A stretch of 64,000 bases of DNA from Vulcanimicrobiota bacterium (GTDB taxonomy: Bacteria; Vulcanimicrobiota; Vulcanimicrobiia; Vulcanimicrobiales; Vulcanimicrobiaceae): the NCBI GenBank assembly GCA_963723515.1, contig CAVRQT010000003.1, forward strand, positions 224,001-288,000. The letters run 5' to 3'. The position numbers and the translations under genes are program-made. Within the stretch, counting starts at the first letter, position 1; every line of letters starts with the position of its first letter. Shown piece by piece: positions 1 through 10,399 of this stretch. Under the pieces are notes generated by a model, which worked only from the letters and a program-made list of their open reading frames with translations, was not told the origin of the DNA and did not search any database.

Positions 1-159
1 GTTTGCGACGGTCTCTAATATCGCCAAAGCCATCGAAGTCGCGGTGTATATCATCGGTGTTCCGCGATGATTCCATCGCCCCGAATAAAGCGAAGCGCCC
101 TGACCGCTCAGGGCGCTTTCTTCGTATTCAGCGGCGCAAACACGCCACAACCGAATCAG
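1..159 (-). CDS. RES-domain toxin (RES-Xre/MbcT-ParT type), runs off the window start
   Basis: Manual translation from CTG at 159: (M)IRLWRVCAAEYEESALSGQGASLYSGRWNHRGTPMIYTATSMALAILETVAN, matching the RES N-terminal pattern G.GA....GRWN..G...Y.A.S..LA.LE. Start overlaps the antitoxin stop (CTGA). Confidence 0.85.
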   Translation of the reverse strand, partial: MIRLWRVCAAEYEESALSGQGASLYSGRWNHRGTPMIYTATSMALAILETVAN

Positions 160-578
160 GAGAACACGCCGTAAGCGATCCGCCCAAGCGCATCTTCAAC
201 AAGGCGTGCTGCCGGCTCGCTTTTCATAGCGCGCAAGGGAATGCGACCGCCCAAACTGCGATTCGGTTTGCGCAGCCATCGCAACGCCCTCTCATCGTCG
301 CCGAGCACCGTGCGGGCGAAAGCATAAATGCGCGCAAGCCGGAACACTTGATCGGACTGTTCAGGTGAAAGCTGTCGCGCGCGCGCTTTTCGTGCCAGCG
401 ACCGGCTCGGAATGTCCAATATCTCTCCGATTTCACGCAGGGAAACTTTTAGCAGACGCGCTGCTTTGTGCAAGGCCGAGCCCGGTAAACCGGCTTCGAT
501 GCGAAGCGCAACATCGTACGGATCATCGACCCGCACACCGAGGCATCTCGCTGCCTCCACCGTTTCTGACGCGGCCAT
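156..578 (-). CDS. Xre/MbcA/ParS-type antitoxin (HTH plus DUF2384-like C-terminus)
   Basis: IEAGLP...LSPEQSDQVFRLARI...WLRKPNRSLGGRIPL...LGRIAYGVFS. ATG at 578 chosen because it lies 7 nt from a consensus -10. Confidence 0.85.
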   Translation of the reverse strand: MAASETVEAARCLGVRVDDPYDVALRIEAGLPGSALHKAARLLKVSLREIGEILDIPSRSLARKARARQLSPEQSDQVFRLARIYAFARTVLGDDERALRWLRKPNRSLGGRIPLRAMKSEPAARLVEDALGRIAYGVFS

Positions 579-585
579 ACGTTCA

Positions 586-626
586 AGTATATGCCAATAT
601 GGCTGTTCTAGCAATGCCATAATGGC
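586..626 (-). promoter_or_regulatory. sigma70-type promoter with two palindromic operators for the TA operon
   Basis: Minus strand TTGCTA (614-609), 17 nt, TATACT (591-586). GCCA-N3-TGGC palindromes at 593-603 and 616-626. Confidence 0.7.
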
Positions 627-702
627 CGGCGCGCCGAAGCGGCCCATATTCGGCAAGCGCGATGTTTCCGATTTTTTAACCGGTAACGACGCGGCAATCG
701 CC

Positions 703-1714
703 CTAAAGGCGCTGTTCTAGCGCGCGGATTCCATCCGGCGGACCCGCAGCGACAATTTCATCGCCGGCCGCCAGTTGCGCATCGGATGGGCGGAAAGACA
801 TGCGGCCCGCCCGCTTCATCGCGAGAATGATCACCTCGTCGTTATCCGGCGCGAGCGCCGAAACCGTGCGCCCGATCCACGTCGAGTTGCTGGGAATCAT
901 AAAATCTTCCAAGAGCAGCTCGCCATTGTTCGCGGAGAGCACCGTATCGACGAACTCGACTGCCGTTGGACGCATTGCAAGGCTCGCGATGCGCCGGCCG
1001 CCGATCGTGTAGGGCGAGATGATGCGGTTGGCACCGGCAAGCGCGCAGCTTCGGCTCCGTATCGTCGCGATTTGCGCGTGCGACGATAAAGATCTTTGGG
1101 TTGAGCACCCGCGCCGATAACGTGACATAAACGTTGTTCTCGTCACTATCAATGCACGTGATCAGCCCGCGAGCGCGTTCGACGCCGGCCGCCTTGAGCG
1201 TCTCAACGTGCGCCGCATCGCCGTTGACGACCGTGAGGCCTTCATCTGCAGCGCGCACGAGGGAATCCGCATTGATGTCGATGACGGCGAATGGGATCTT
1301 CTCTTCCAAGAAGTTGCGCGCGACCTCGCGTCCGACGCGACCGTAGCCGCAGAGGATGAAGTGGCCTTCCATTCTAGCGACCCGCCGGCGCATGCGGCGC
1401 TCGTAAAACGCGGCGCTCAGGCGCCCTTCGATCACATATGAGATCAACATCAACAACGTGAAGGTCAGTGCGCCAAAGCCGACCGTGACGACGATGATCG
1501 TCCAAAGCTTGCCCGCAATGGTGAGCGGTTGCGGTTCGCCGCCGCCGGTCGTCGTGACGGTCATGATCGTCATGTAAAATGAATCGAACCATCCCCACCC
1601 CTCCAGCACCACGTAGCCAATCGTTCCGATGGCGATGACTGCCCCAAGCAGAACGGCAGCGATAGCCGGTCCGCGCAGCAATCGTCTTTCCGTGCGCACG
1701 GCACCAAATTTCAC
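703..1714 (-). CDS. Two-TM ion channel with RCK (TrkA-N/TrkA-C) domains; frameshift near 1045
   Basis: TM-pore-TM, GHFILCGYGRVG Rossmann motif, ARAN...AGANRIISPY..GG and TrkA-C, split across ORFs 842..1714 and 703..1152. Confidence 0.85.
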
Positions 1715-1866
1715 CGGCGCGCCGCATTGCCATCTACCGCATGCACGCTTTGGTTCAGCGAGTTAAGCAGGCGCAAGCTTAGAGCAGGCGATGGCTAACT
1801 GGGTACGATTGGCACGCGGAAATTCGCGTTCTTAAGGACGCGAAATACCGGCGAAAGGAGCGTCTC

Positions 1867-2256
1867 TTGAAACACCTGTATCTCGCACTCGCAGCCACTC
1901 TGCTCGCGTACGGCGCCGGCGCCGGCCTGGCAAGTGCGCAGCAAGCGCCGCCGGCTCCGAGCGATGTAACGCCATCATATAGCGATCTTGCATGCGGCAC
2001 ATGGGTCAACGACGAGTGGGTTCCAAACGGCAAATGCCCACCTGAAACAACTCGGCTCAGACACGACACAGTAAGCGGCACGATCACAAAGGTGGAGGGG
2101 CATCTTGTCTCGTTGCAGCAGTCGACGCGCACCGTTATCGTCAACGATCAACCGGCACTCGATCGCAAGCAGACCGGCAAGGTCGGTGTCGGACGGCAGG
2201 TCGTTGCTTATGGATACTGGCTCGACAACACATTCTACGCGACAGCAATCTATTAG
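1867..2256 (+). CDS. Hypothetical secreted protein, probable small OB-like beta domain
   Basis: SD AAAGGAG before TTG; signal peptide ending ASA; Cys pair; VSGTITKVEG...VVAYGYW. Confidence 0.65.
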   Translation: MKHLYLALAATLLAYGAGAGLASAQQAPPAPSDVTPSYSDLACGTWVNDEWVPNGKCPPETTRLRHDTVSGTITKVEGHLVSLQQSTRTVIVNDQPALDRKQTGKVGVGRQVVAYGYWLDNTFYATAIY

Positions 2257-2268
2257 GCGCACGCTAAT

Positions 2269-3264
2269 CTAAAGGAAGTCACGGGGCAGCAAAACAGCTG
2301 CCCCATTTATTTCGTCCCGCTTTAGCGCCCAGAGCGCTTCGTTTGCTTGCTCAAGCGGAAAAGTTTCGACGACCGGCCGGATTCCAATGTGCGCCGCGAG
2401 CGCAAGGAAGTCGTGCGCGTCGCCGCGCGTCATATTCGTGACGCTGCGGATCTGTCGCTCGCCCCAGAGCAGCCGGTCGTAATCGAACTGCGGCATGCGA
2501 TCGAGATGAATGGCGTTGATCGCGAGGACACCGCCTTTGCGCAGTGACGCTAAGGCGCTGATCACGACCTCGCCCGCCGGCGCAAAGGTAATCGCGCGAT
2601 CGAGCGGTTGCGGCGGTAAATCGGCAGCATCGCCGACCCACGCCGCGCCGAGCTTTCGCGCAAATTCTTGATGCGAGCGGCCGCGCGTCGACACGTACAC
2701 CTCACAACCCCAGTGATGCAGCACCGAGAGCGCCAAATGCGCCGATGCACCGAATCCGAAAAGTCCGACGCGCTCGTTTGGCAACACTCCGGCAATACGC
2801 AAGGCACGAAAGCCAATAATGCCTGCGCAAAGCAGCGGCGCTGCTTGCAGATCTTCCAGCTCTGAGGGCAGCGGCAACGCAAAGTCGCCGCGCGCATCTA
2901 CGTAGTCTGCATACCCGCCGTTCACATCGTAGCCGCTAAAGGTCGGAGTGTCGCAAAGATTCTCAGCACCGCCAAGGCAGTAACTGCACGTTCCGTCGAC
3001 ACCACCGAGCCAAGAGACGCCCACGCGGCTACCGATTTCATGTAACGGGCCCGCGCTTTCAACGACATCCCCGACGATTTGATGGCCCGGAACGATTGCC
3101 GGATGACGCGCCGGCAATTCGCCCTCGGCAATGTGCAGATCCGTTCGGCAGACGCCGCATGCACGAACGCGAATCCGAACATGTCCTGATTGCAATGGCG
3201 CGAGAGCGATCTCTTCAGCGCGCAACGGGCGTTGCTCGATCGGCATCGGTTCGCGCAGCACCAT
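2269..3264 (-). CDS. Zinc-dependent alcohol dehydrogenase family protein
   Basis: CGVCRTDLH, PGHQIVG, C..C.....NLC, APLLCAG, GFGASA. Confidence 0.9.
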   Translation of the reverse strand: MVLREPMPIEQRPLRAEEIALAPLQSGHVRIRVRACGVCRTDLHIAEGELPARHPAIVPGHQIVGDVVESAGPLHEIGSRVGVSWLGGVDGTCSYCLGGAENLCDTPTFSGYDVNGGYADYVDARGDFALPLPSELEDLQAAPLLCAGIIGFRALRIAGVLPNERVGLFGFGASAHLALSVLHHWGCEVYVSTRGRSHQEFARKLGAAWVGDAADLPPQPLDRAITFAPAGEVVISALASLRKGGVLAINAIHLDRMPQFDYDRLLWGERQIRSVTNMTRGDAHDFLALAAHIGIRPVVETFPLEQANEALWALKRDEINGAAVLLPRDFL

Positions 3265-3293
3265 CGCCCGCGTCGAAGTAACGGTGCTTATTG

Positions 3294-4539
3294 TTAAGGC
3301 CGGATTCTGTAGATGTTGCCGGTTAGATCATCTGCGACGAAGAGATCGCCTTGCGGACCAATCGCGACGCCGGTCGGGCGTCCGACGCGCTGTCCGGAAG
3401 ACGTTTGAAAACCACTGACGATATCGCGCCATTGCGTCGTGGGATCGTTCCAATTGACGGCGCCTGCAGGCGCATCTCCCACTAATGGAACGAAAGCCAC
3501 ACGCGGTGGTGCGACCGGGACGCCGCCGTTTTGATGCCACGAACCATGCATCGCAACGAACGCTCCGCCGTTATACTGAGAGGGAAGCGCAAATGCGCCC
3601 CCATTGTGTGCCGGGACGATCGTTAGGCCGATGATGGTTTGATACGCGGGAAATTCAATAAGCGGCACGGTTTGATTCGAGCAGCTCGCGCCGCTCCCGT
3701 AATTTTGGTGATTTTCCTCACATTTCGGCCAGCCGTAATCCGGCACACCGCCTCGCGTGCCAACCGGATCGAGGAATTCGTACGGATGGCCGGACGGAAG
3801 ATCGTCCTGCCCCGCATCGCCCGCCCATAATATGCCGGTCGATGGATTGACGGCGAGTCCGATCGAGTTGCGGATATGCGTCGCGCGCGCCGTCATATTG
3901 CTTCCGTCAAGTCGCCATTTGCTGGATCGTCGCACGCGTCGGATCATTTTCATCGCATGCGTTGCATGAAGAACCGACGCTTGCATAAACCGTTGTGCCG
4001 CTGATCGCGACAGTCGTCGTTACATGGCCGCCACCGCCGCCGTTTCGAACGGATGCAATCTTTTGCGGCGCTGAGGATGCGCTTAGATCGCCGGGCTTAT
4101 AGCTGAGGCGATAGACGCCGAATTGCGTCCCGACGTAGATTGCGCACGCATTGGCGCTAAATGCAACGCCTGCGGCCGGAGCGTCCGGAAGCGTGGCAAA
4201 TGTCTGCGCCGCTCCGGCGTTGCCCGAAGCATCCGCGTTCGGCACGATCGCGATCGTATTCCCGAGCGTTCCAACCAACAGATCACCGGTGGGCAAGAAC
4301 GCCAGTTCGCGTGCGTTGGCAACATTTGCAATCGTCTGGATGCGAAGTCCGGCCGCAACATGCAAGTCCGGCGGCGTTGATGGGGGCGGCCCTGTGGGCG
4401 CAGGCGCCGGCGTGCCGGAACACGATTGAGGTTGCGGCGGCGGCGCTTGCTGCGGGGCCGCGCTCGTACTGCTCCCGCCTCCGCCGCACGCGACCAGCGC
4501 GAAGAAGAAGCACAGGCCGCTCGTCCTACACATATCCAT
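3294..4539 (-). CDS. Sorbosone/glucose dehydrogenase-like beta-propeller lipoprotein; frameshift near 3910
   Basis: Lipobox LVAC; SVGSSCNAC, RNSIGL, YGWP.C, HGSW, GRPTGVA.GP.G.LFVADD..G.IYRI. Confidence 0.8.
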
Positions 4540-4606
4540 AGTGTTCCCATCCGGCGCCGCCGCGCGCAACAGGTCGCCTCTAACGGAAAGCAATAACGAG
4601 CGCGTG

Positions 4607-5409
4607 ATGTCTCTTCGCGGAATGGTGGCGATCGTTGCCGGCGCCTCCGGCGCAATCGGCAGCGCAACCTGCAGCGCGCTCGGCGCGCGAGGCGTCAAGC
4701 TCATCTTTGCCGCGCTGGACGATCCGATGTTGCAAGCGCTCGTCAAACGCGCTCAGGCGCAAGGGTTTTCGCACCTCGCCGTGCCGACGAATTTGCAAAG
4801 CCGCGGCGACATCGATCGCTTGATCGCGCGAACGCTCGATGAATTTGGCCATATCGACATTCTCATTAACGCGGCCGGCATCGGATCGAGTCCGGCGATG
4901 TGCGAGAGCACCGATGCCGAGCTCGCAGATGTCGTGACGATCAACTTATTAGGAGCGGCACGGTTAATGCATGCCGTTTTGCCCGCCATGAAGGCGCAGC
5001 GCCGCGGCTCGATCGTCAACGTCGGCTCGATCGCAGGAGAAGCGGGCATCATGGGGATTTACTCGGCGTCAAAATTCGGATTGCGCGGCCTGAACGATTC
5101 CGTGCGTCGCGAGGTCAAGAGTTTTGGAATCGACGTAACGTTAATCGAGCCCGGCTTCATCGAACGGCGATGAACGCGCGGATGACCAATCGCCTTCCCG
5201 GCCCGGAGATCGTCGCTGCTGCAATCATCGATGCGATTCGGCGGCCGCGTCGCACGCGAATCATTCCGCCCAACTACATCGTGCCGACGCTGCTCGTACG
5301 GTCGTTTCCGGCCCTCGCCGATCTCGTCTTCGGCAACGCGCGCATTCAAAAGCGCTTGAACCGGGACGCGCGCGCTGCGCGCAGCGCGAATGCTGCCGAA
5401 CCCTCCTAG
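4607..5409 (+). CDS. SDR family oxidoreductase; frameshift near 5165
   Basis: AGASGAIG, NAAG, YSASK, IEPGFI; the C-terminus continues in the 4900..5409 frame. Confidence 0.85.
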
Positions 5410-6598
5410 CAAGCGCGAAAACGAATTAGAGAAGACTGCGCCACTCTGGGTGCAGCCCCTGCGCTGGGTGGCGGTAACGGTCATCACCGTGTACTACTCG
5501 CTCGCCTATCGGATCACGGGATGGGGAACGCTGCCGCGCAGACGCCGTAGCGCGTTGCTCGTTGCCAACCATCAACACGAAATCGAATCTCCGGCAATCG
5601 TCGCCATCATGACGCTCAAGACGTTTTCGTGGCGCTATCCGATCTTCACGGTTTCCTCGCGCCGCATGTGGGAGCCGGGATTTCTCGCCGAACGGATTCC
5701 GTGGCTTTCCTTTCTGTTGAAGACCGTCAATCTTGGGCCAATGTTCAGTGCGCTCGGATTGCAGCCTATCGAGAACGAGCTTCACACGCGGCCGTTCGCG
5801 AGCGTGGCATATACGTTGCGAGAAGAATTCGGCGATCTGCCGGTCAACCGCGTTTTCCGCGAAAGCGTGCTTCAACGTTTACCCGCTCAGATTCGGCAGC
5901 TTTCGGATTTGCTAGCGCCGGCGAATTTCAATATCGGACGTACCATGGTAACGTTGTCGGAGCTGAACGATCCTTACAAACAAGCAGCGCTCAATGCGAC
6001 GCGAGCGCAACTCGAAAGCGATCTGCAGCACTTCGAATCGCTCGCGCGCGACGGCGCGACGATCTTCTTAGCGCCCGAAGGTTTTTATTCGGGTGACGGC
6101 AAGATGCAGCGTCTTCGCGGCGTTCTCTCGCGGCTGCAGCCCCTTGCAACAACGTGGCTCACCGGCATTAGCTACGATCCATTCGTTGGGCGGCGTTTGG
6201 GTTTGCTGTACCGTATCGCTCGAGCGATTGAGGATGCTCCGCTCGACATGCAGCTCAAACGACTTCGTCCCGTCACGACCAGTGCGCTGCTGGCCACGTG
6301 GTTGCAGGCACGAAGCGAACCGTTCTCCGCGGCAGAAGCAATCGAGGGCGTCAAGGAGCAACTGAAGAGCTTGCCGGCAATGCTCTTTGTCGAACCGCGG
6401 CTCCGAAGCGATGCGGAGCAATCGACGACCACGGCGCTCGACGGACTGCTGCGACTTGGTTCGTTGATCGTAAAGGATGGCGGCTACGCACTAACTTCGC
6501 AGCGCCGGCATCCGCAATTTCCGCGGACGAGCGACATAATCCAATATCAGGCGAATTTTCATGCGGAAACGCTCGAAGGCGCTCGCGTCACCGCCTGA
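5390..6598 (+). CDS. PlsC-like acyltransferase with extended C-terminus
   Basis: LLVANHQHEIE (HX4D-like) and FLAPEG motifs. Confidence 0.65.
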   Translation: MLPNPPSKRENELEKTAPLWVQPLRWVAVTVITVYYSLAYRITGWGTLPRRRRSALLVANHQHEIESPAIVAIMTLKTFSWRYPIFTVSSRRMWEPGFLAERIPWLSFLLKTVNLGPMFSALGLQPIENELHTRPFASVAYTLREEFGDLPVNRVFRESVLQRLPAQIRQLSDLLAPANFNIGRTMVTLSELNDPYKQAALNATRAQLESDLQHFESLARDGATIFLAPEGFYSGDGKMQRLRGVLSRLQPLATTWLTGISYDPFVGRRLGLLYRIARAIEDAPLDMQLKRLRPVTTSALLATWLQARSEPFSAAEAIEGVKEQLKSLPAMLFVEPRLRSDAEQSTTTALDGLLRLGSLIVKDGGYALTSQRRHPQFPRTSDIIQYQANFHAETLEGARVTA

Positions 6599-7439
6599 CC
6601 GTGGCGCGGTCGTCGTCACCGGAACTTCGAGCGGTATCGGCAAGGCGATCGTCGAGCAGCTTGCTGATAACGGCTTCAAGATTTTTGCAACCGTTCGCAA
6701 CCAAGCCGATTTAAAGGCGCTCGAGACGCGTCGCGACGTGCGCGGAGTCATCTGCGACATCACGGATCACGCTTCGATTACAAAGGCCTCGGAAGTCGTT
6801 ACGTCCAGCGGCATGCGGCTCGAGGGCCTCGTGAACAACGCCGGGATTGCGATCGGCGGTCCATTGGAACATCTGCCGCTGGATGCGTTTCGCAAGCAAT
6901 TCGAAGTCAACGTCATCGGATCGCTCGCAGTCACGCAAGCCTTCTTGCCGCAATTGCGCGCAGCGCGCGGCCGTTTGATCTTTATCGGCTCGGTCGCCGG
7001 CCGCATTGCGATGCCGTTCATCGGGCCCTACAGTGCGTCGAAATTTGCATTGCGCGCGCTTTCGGATGCGCTTCGCATCGAATTAGGTCACGCCGGCATA
7101 CGCGTCTCCTTGATCGAGCCGGGATCGGTCCGAACGCCGATCTGGAGCAAGGGTCGAGAAGGGAAAGCAACACTCGAGGAGCGCCTTGGTACCGCGGGCG
7201 CGGAGCACTACGGCGAAGCGCTGCGAGCGCTGATGCGGCAAACGGAGCAAGAGGAGCGCATCGGCATGCCGCCTGAACGCGTCGCCCAAATCGTCTTTAC
7301 CGCTCTAACCGCACGTCGGCCACGCGCGCACTACATCGTCGGCGCGCCCGCCCGCATCGGCACGATTTTGAGCCTGCTTCCGGCGACGTTGCATGACCGC
7401 ATCATGCGGGCGTCGATGCGCTTGCCGAAACATAGGTAA
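6561..7439 (+). CDS. SDR family oxidoreductase
   Basis: VTGTSSGIG, NNAG, YSASK, IEPG.V.TPIW. Confidence 0.9.
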   Translation: MRKRSKALASPPDRGAVVVTGTSSGIGKAIVEQLADNGFKIFATVRNQADLKALETRRDVRGVICDITDHASITKASEVVTSSGMRLEGLVNNAGIAIGGPLEHLPLDAFRKQFEVNVIGSLAVTQAFLPQLRAARGRLIFIGSVAGRIAMPFIGPYSASKFALRALSDALRIELGHAGIRVSLIEPGSVRTPIWSKGREGKATLEERLGTAGAEHYGEALRALMRQTEQEERIGMPPERVAQIVFTALTARRPRAHYIVGAPARIGTILSLLPATLHDRIMRASMRLPKHR

Positions 7440-7525
7440 TGAATCCAACGACGGGAACGAAGGAGGTGCCGCCGGTGGAGAAGCTGGCGGCGAACACACT
7501 TGCTATCATTTGAAAGGATACCTTC

Positions 7526-7777
7526 ATGAATCGTGTCAAGCGGACATCAAGCCTTATCGCACTCGTGCTGGGTGGCGCGATGCTCGGATCGGCGTTAACC
7601 GGAACGGCGCTCGCCTATCAAAGCCACATGTGGAATGCGCTTAACGCGGAGCAGACCGCAATACATCAACTGCAGATCGCGAGACCCGACAAGGCCGGTC
7701 ATCGTGTGAACGCGATCAACTTGCTGGGCCAGGCGATCACGCAAACCCATCTGGGAATCACGGCAGGCGCACAGTAA
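7526..7777 (+). CDS. Small secreted helical protein with Q.HM..AL and DK.GHR motifs
   Basis: SD AAAGGA; signal peptide ending ALA; 83 aa. Confidence 0.7.
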   Translation: MNRVKRTSSLIALVLGGAMLGSALTGTALAYQSHMWNALNAEQTAIHQLQIARPDKAGHRVNAINLLGQAITQTHLGITAGAQ

Positions 7778-7854
7778 CGTTTGCCGCGGGAGCTTCGCCT
7801 GCGCGCACGTCGTGCGGGCGAAGCAATCCGCAGATGCCGAAACGGTAGGCTTTC

Positions 7855-10389
7855 GTGGAAACTGATCTCGGCCCGAAAACTCGCGCCGTTCCGCAGACGG
7901 CGCTCGGGCCGCGGCAGCTGCCGGCGTTTACGATCTCCGATAGCGAGCTCGGCATGGGTGCGAGCCTCGGCAATAGCGCCATTTGGATCAACACGAAAAG
8001 CACCGGTGCGATCGAACGCATCTCGCCGATCAAATGTCCTGAAAGCCTCTTTGGAACAATCATGATCCGCTACGCGGGCACGGGTAGCGCGTTGAGCGAT
8101 GGTTGGGTCGAGACGGCGCATGGCGACGTCGCCGAGCCGAGCTACGTCAACTTGCGCCCCGATGGAAATATCCGAACGTTTGAGATCCATCCCGCATACC
8201 AGCGGGTATCGTTCACGATTGTCGGCGCGGTGCGCGTGGTGGAGACGACGTTCGTTCCACTGCTTTCGCATGATACCGAAACAGAAGATGACCCCCCGAT
8301 TGCCTACCAAAGCATCGAACTGAAGAACAACGACGTCTATCCGCATAACGTGCGTATTACCGCTTACGCGCGTCTTCGCGGCAGTCTCGGGGCAGACGTC
8401 CAAGCGCGCTATGACGAGCGGTGCAACGCGATCGTCGCGTGGAATCGCAGCGACCGCAAGTGCATCCGGCTCTTTGCCATGTTGCCGAAGGCGATGCGAT
8501 ACAGCACGACCTTCGATTTCGGCAGCGTCTACGATCCCTCACACGTGCACGCGTTGCCGAATTCAACCGACGTCGAAGGCGATGTGCTCGGCTGCTTACA
8601 GGTCGACATCACGCTGGAGCCGGGCGCAAAACACGAATTCTGCATCAAAGCAGGCGCCTTTGTGGGCAGCGACGAGACGGCGGTTCTCGATGCGTTCTGT
8701 GACTCAGATAATGCGCAAACGGCGCTGCAACGGACGATCGAGCATCTCGACCAGCGTCTGCATTTCAGCGAGATTGTCGCGCCCGATGCGGTGATCAATC
8801 AAGGCGCGCTTTGGAGCAAGGTCAACATGCGCCGAGTGATGGCGACCTACCCGCAGGGCCGCGCCTTTACAAACGATCCGGGGAACACGCCGAATCTCGT
8901 CGTGAGAGATGCGGCCTGGTTCATCTTGGGCAATGATTACTTCATGCCCGATTTTTCGCGTTCGCTGCTAAAGAAGTTGATCGCGATTCAATACCGCAAC
9001 GGCAAAATGCCGGAATACACCGACGCAATTACCGGGAAGATCGAAGATGACGGCCTCAACATCAACGATGATACGCCGCTCTTCATCCTGGCTGCGCATC
9101 ACCATTTTCAGGCGACCGGCGACAAAACGTGGCTCGAGGAAGCCTATCCCGCCGTCGCCCGAGCCGCGCGTTACATCCTCTCACAGCGCGACAAACGCGG
9201 CTTGATCTTTTGCGACGCCAAAGATCCGCGCGGGTATGTTTGGGCGATCGCCAGCTGGCGCAACATCATCCCGCTGTACACGATTAACGGGGCGGTGACG
9301 GAGATCAACGCCGAATGCGCCGCCGCGCTCCGTGCCGCCGCTGAGCTGGCAGCGCAGACGGAGGATCATGGCGCAGATGGACCCGAGTTTTCGTCCGCAT
9401 ATCAATCGCTGCGCGATGCAATCAACAGCCACCTGATCAACCCCGAGAACGGCCTGTACTATCTCAATATCGATGTGGACGGGAACGTTCATACCGACGT
9501 TACGGGCGACGAAGTTTTTCCGGTGATGTTTCGAGTCTGTGACGACGAGACGGCCTTTCGCGTCATCAGCCGCCTCAATGCGCCCGATTTTTGGACGCCG
9601 GCGGGTTTACGGACCGCCTCGCGTGTCGATCCGCTCTACGACCCAAGCCATTTCTCGGGTCTGATGGGCGGCGTTTGGCCCGGATTAACGTGGTGGTATG
9701 CATTTGCCGCTGCGCCGTATCATCCCGAGTTCATGGTGCGAGCGTTGCGCTCGTCTTTCGAACACTATGGCACCGATCCGAAGAAGAACAACACGGTTCC
9801 GGGCCAATTCAGCGAGTGGTTCGACGGCGAAAGCTTGACCAACAAAGGCATGCGCTTGAGCCCTTGGGAGCCGCCGCGATTCTTGTGGGCCGCCGTTGAA
9901 GGCGTTTGCGGACTAACATTGACCTCCGGCGTCCCGTGCATCAACCCGCTGATTCCCCCCGAATGGAGCTGGGTCGGTTTGCGGCGCTTGCGCTACCACG
10001 GCGGGGAGCTCTCATATTTCATGATCCGCAAAGGCACGACATCGCAGATCTATACGACGGCGCAGCTCGAAAGCGAATCCGAGATGCAACTCTTCAGCCG
10101 CGATGTTACGGATGAGCTCGCGGTCTTTTCAACGACGGCCGCCGCGATCGCGCTCGCCAAAGAGAACGAGATCGCGGTGCTCCTCGGAAACATCGGCGAT
10201 CAGACGGCAACGATTCCGATGAACCTTTCGCGGCTTGTCGATGCGCAGGCGAACTACATGGTGCGGCTCTTTAACAGCGAGCGCGGGGCGTGGGAAGAAC
10301 CGGAAGAAGAGATCGGCGCTGAATTAACGACGCTCGCACTCTCGATTGAGGGCAAAGGTTTCCGGCTTCTGAATTTCACGCGGATCTAG
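7855..10389 (+). CDS. Six-hairpin (alpha/alpha)6 glycoside hydrolase (amylo-alpha-1,6-glucosidase/GH116-like)
   Basis: RDAAW, D.TPLFI, G.VWP..WW and FSEWFDG motifs; 844-aa ORF. Confidence 0.7.
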   Translation: METDLGPKTRAVPQTALGPRQLPAFTISDSELGMGASLGNSAIWINTKSTGAIERISPIKCPESLFGTIMIRYAGTGSALSDGWVETAHGDVAEPSYVNLRPDGNIRTFEIHPAYQRVSFTIVGAVRVVETTFVPLLSHDTETEDDPPIAYQSIELKNNDVYPHNVRITAYARLRGSLGADVQARYDERCNAIVAWNRSDRKCIRLFAMLPKAMRYSTTFDFGSVYDPSHVHALPNSTDVEGDVLGCLQVDITLEPGAKHEFCIKAGAFVGSDETAVLDAFCDSDNAQTALQRTIEHLDQRLHFSEIVAPDAVINQGALWSKVNMRRVMATYPQGRAFTNDPGNTPNLVVRDAAWFILGNDYFMPDFSRSLLKKLIAIQYRNGKMPEYTDAITGKIEDDGLNINDDTPLFILAAHHHFQATGDKTWLEEAYPAVARAARYILSQRDKRGLIFCDAKDPRGYVWAIASWRNIIPLYTINGAVTEINAECAAALRAAAELAAQTEDHGADGPEFSSAYQSLRDAINSHLINPENGLYYLNIDVDGNVHTDVTGDEVFPVMFRVCDDETAFRVISRLNAPDFWTPAGLRTASRVDPLYDPSHFSGLMGGVWPGLTWWYAFAAAPYHPEFMVRALRSSFEHYGTDPKKNNTVPGQFSEWFDGESLTNKGMRLSPWEPPRFLWAAVEGVCGLTLTSGVPCINPLIPPEWSWVGLRRLRYHGGELSYFMIRKGTTSQIYTTAQLESESEMQLFSRDVTDELAVFSTTAAAIALAKENEIAVLLGNIGDQTATIPMNLSRLVDAQANYMVRLFNSERGAWEEPEEEIGAELTTLALSIEGKGFRLLNFTRI

Positions 10390-10399
10390 AAGCGCGAGC

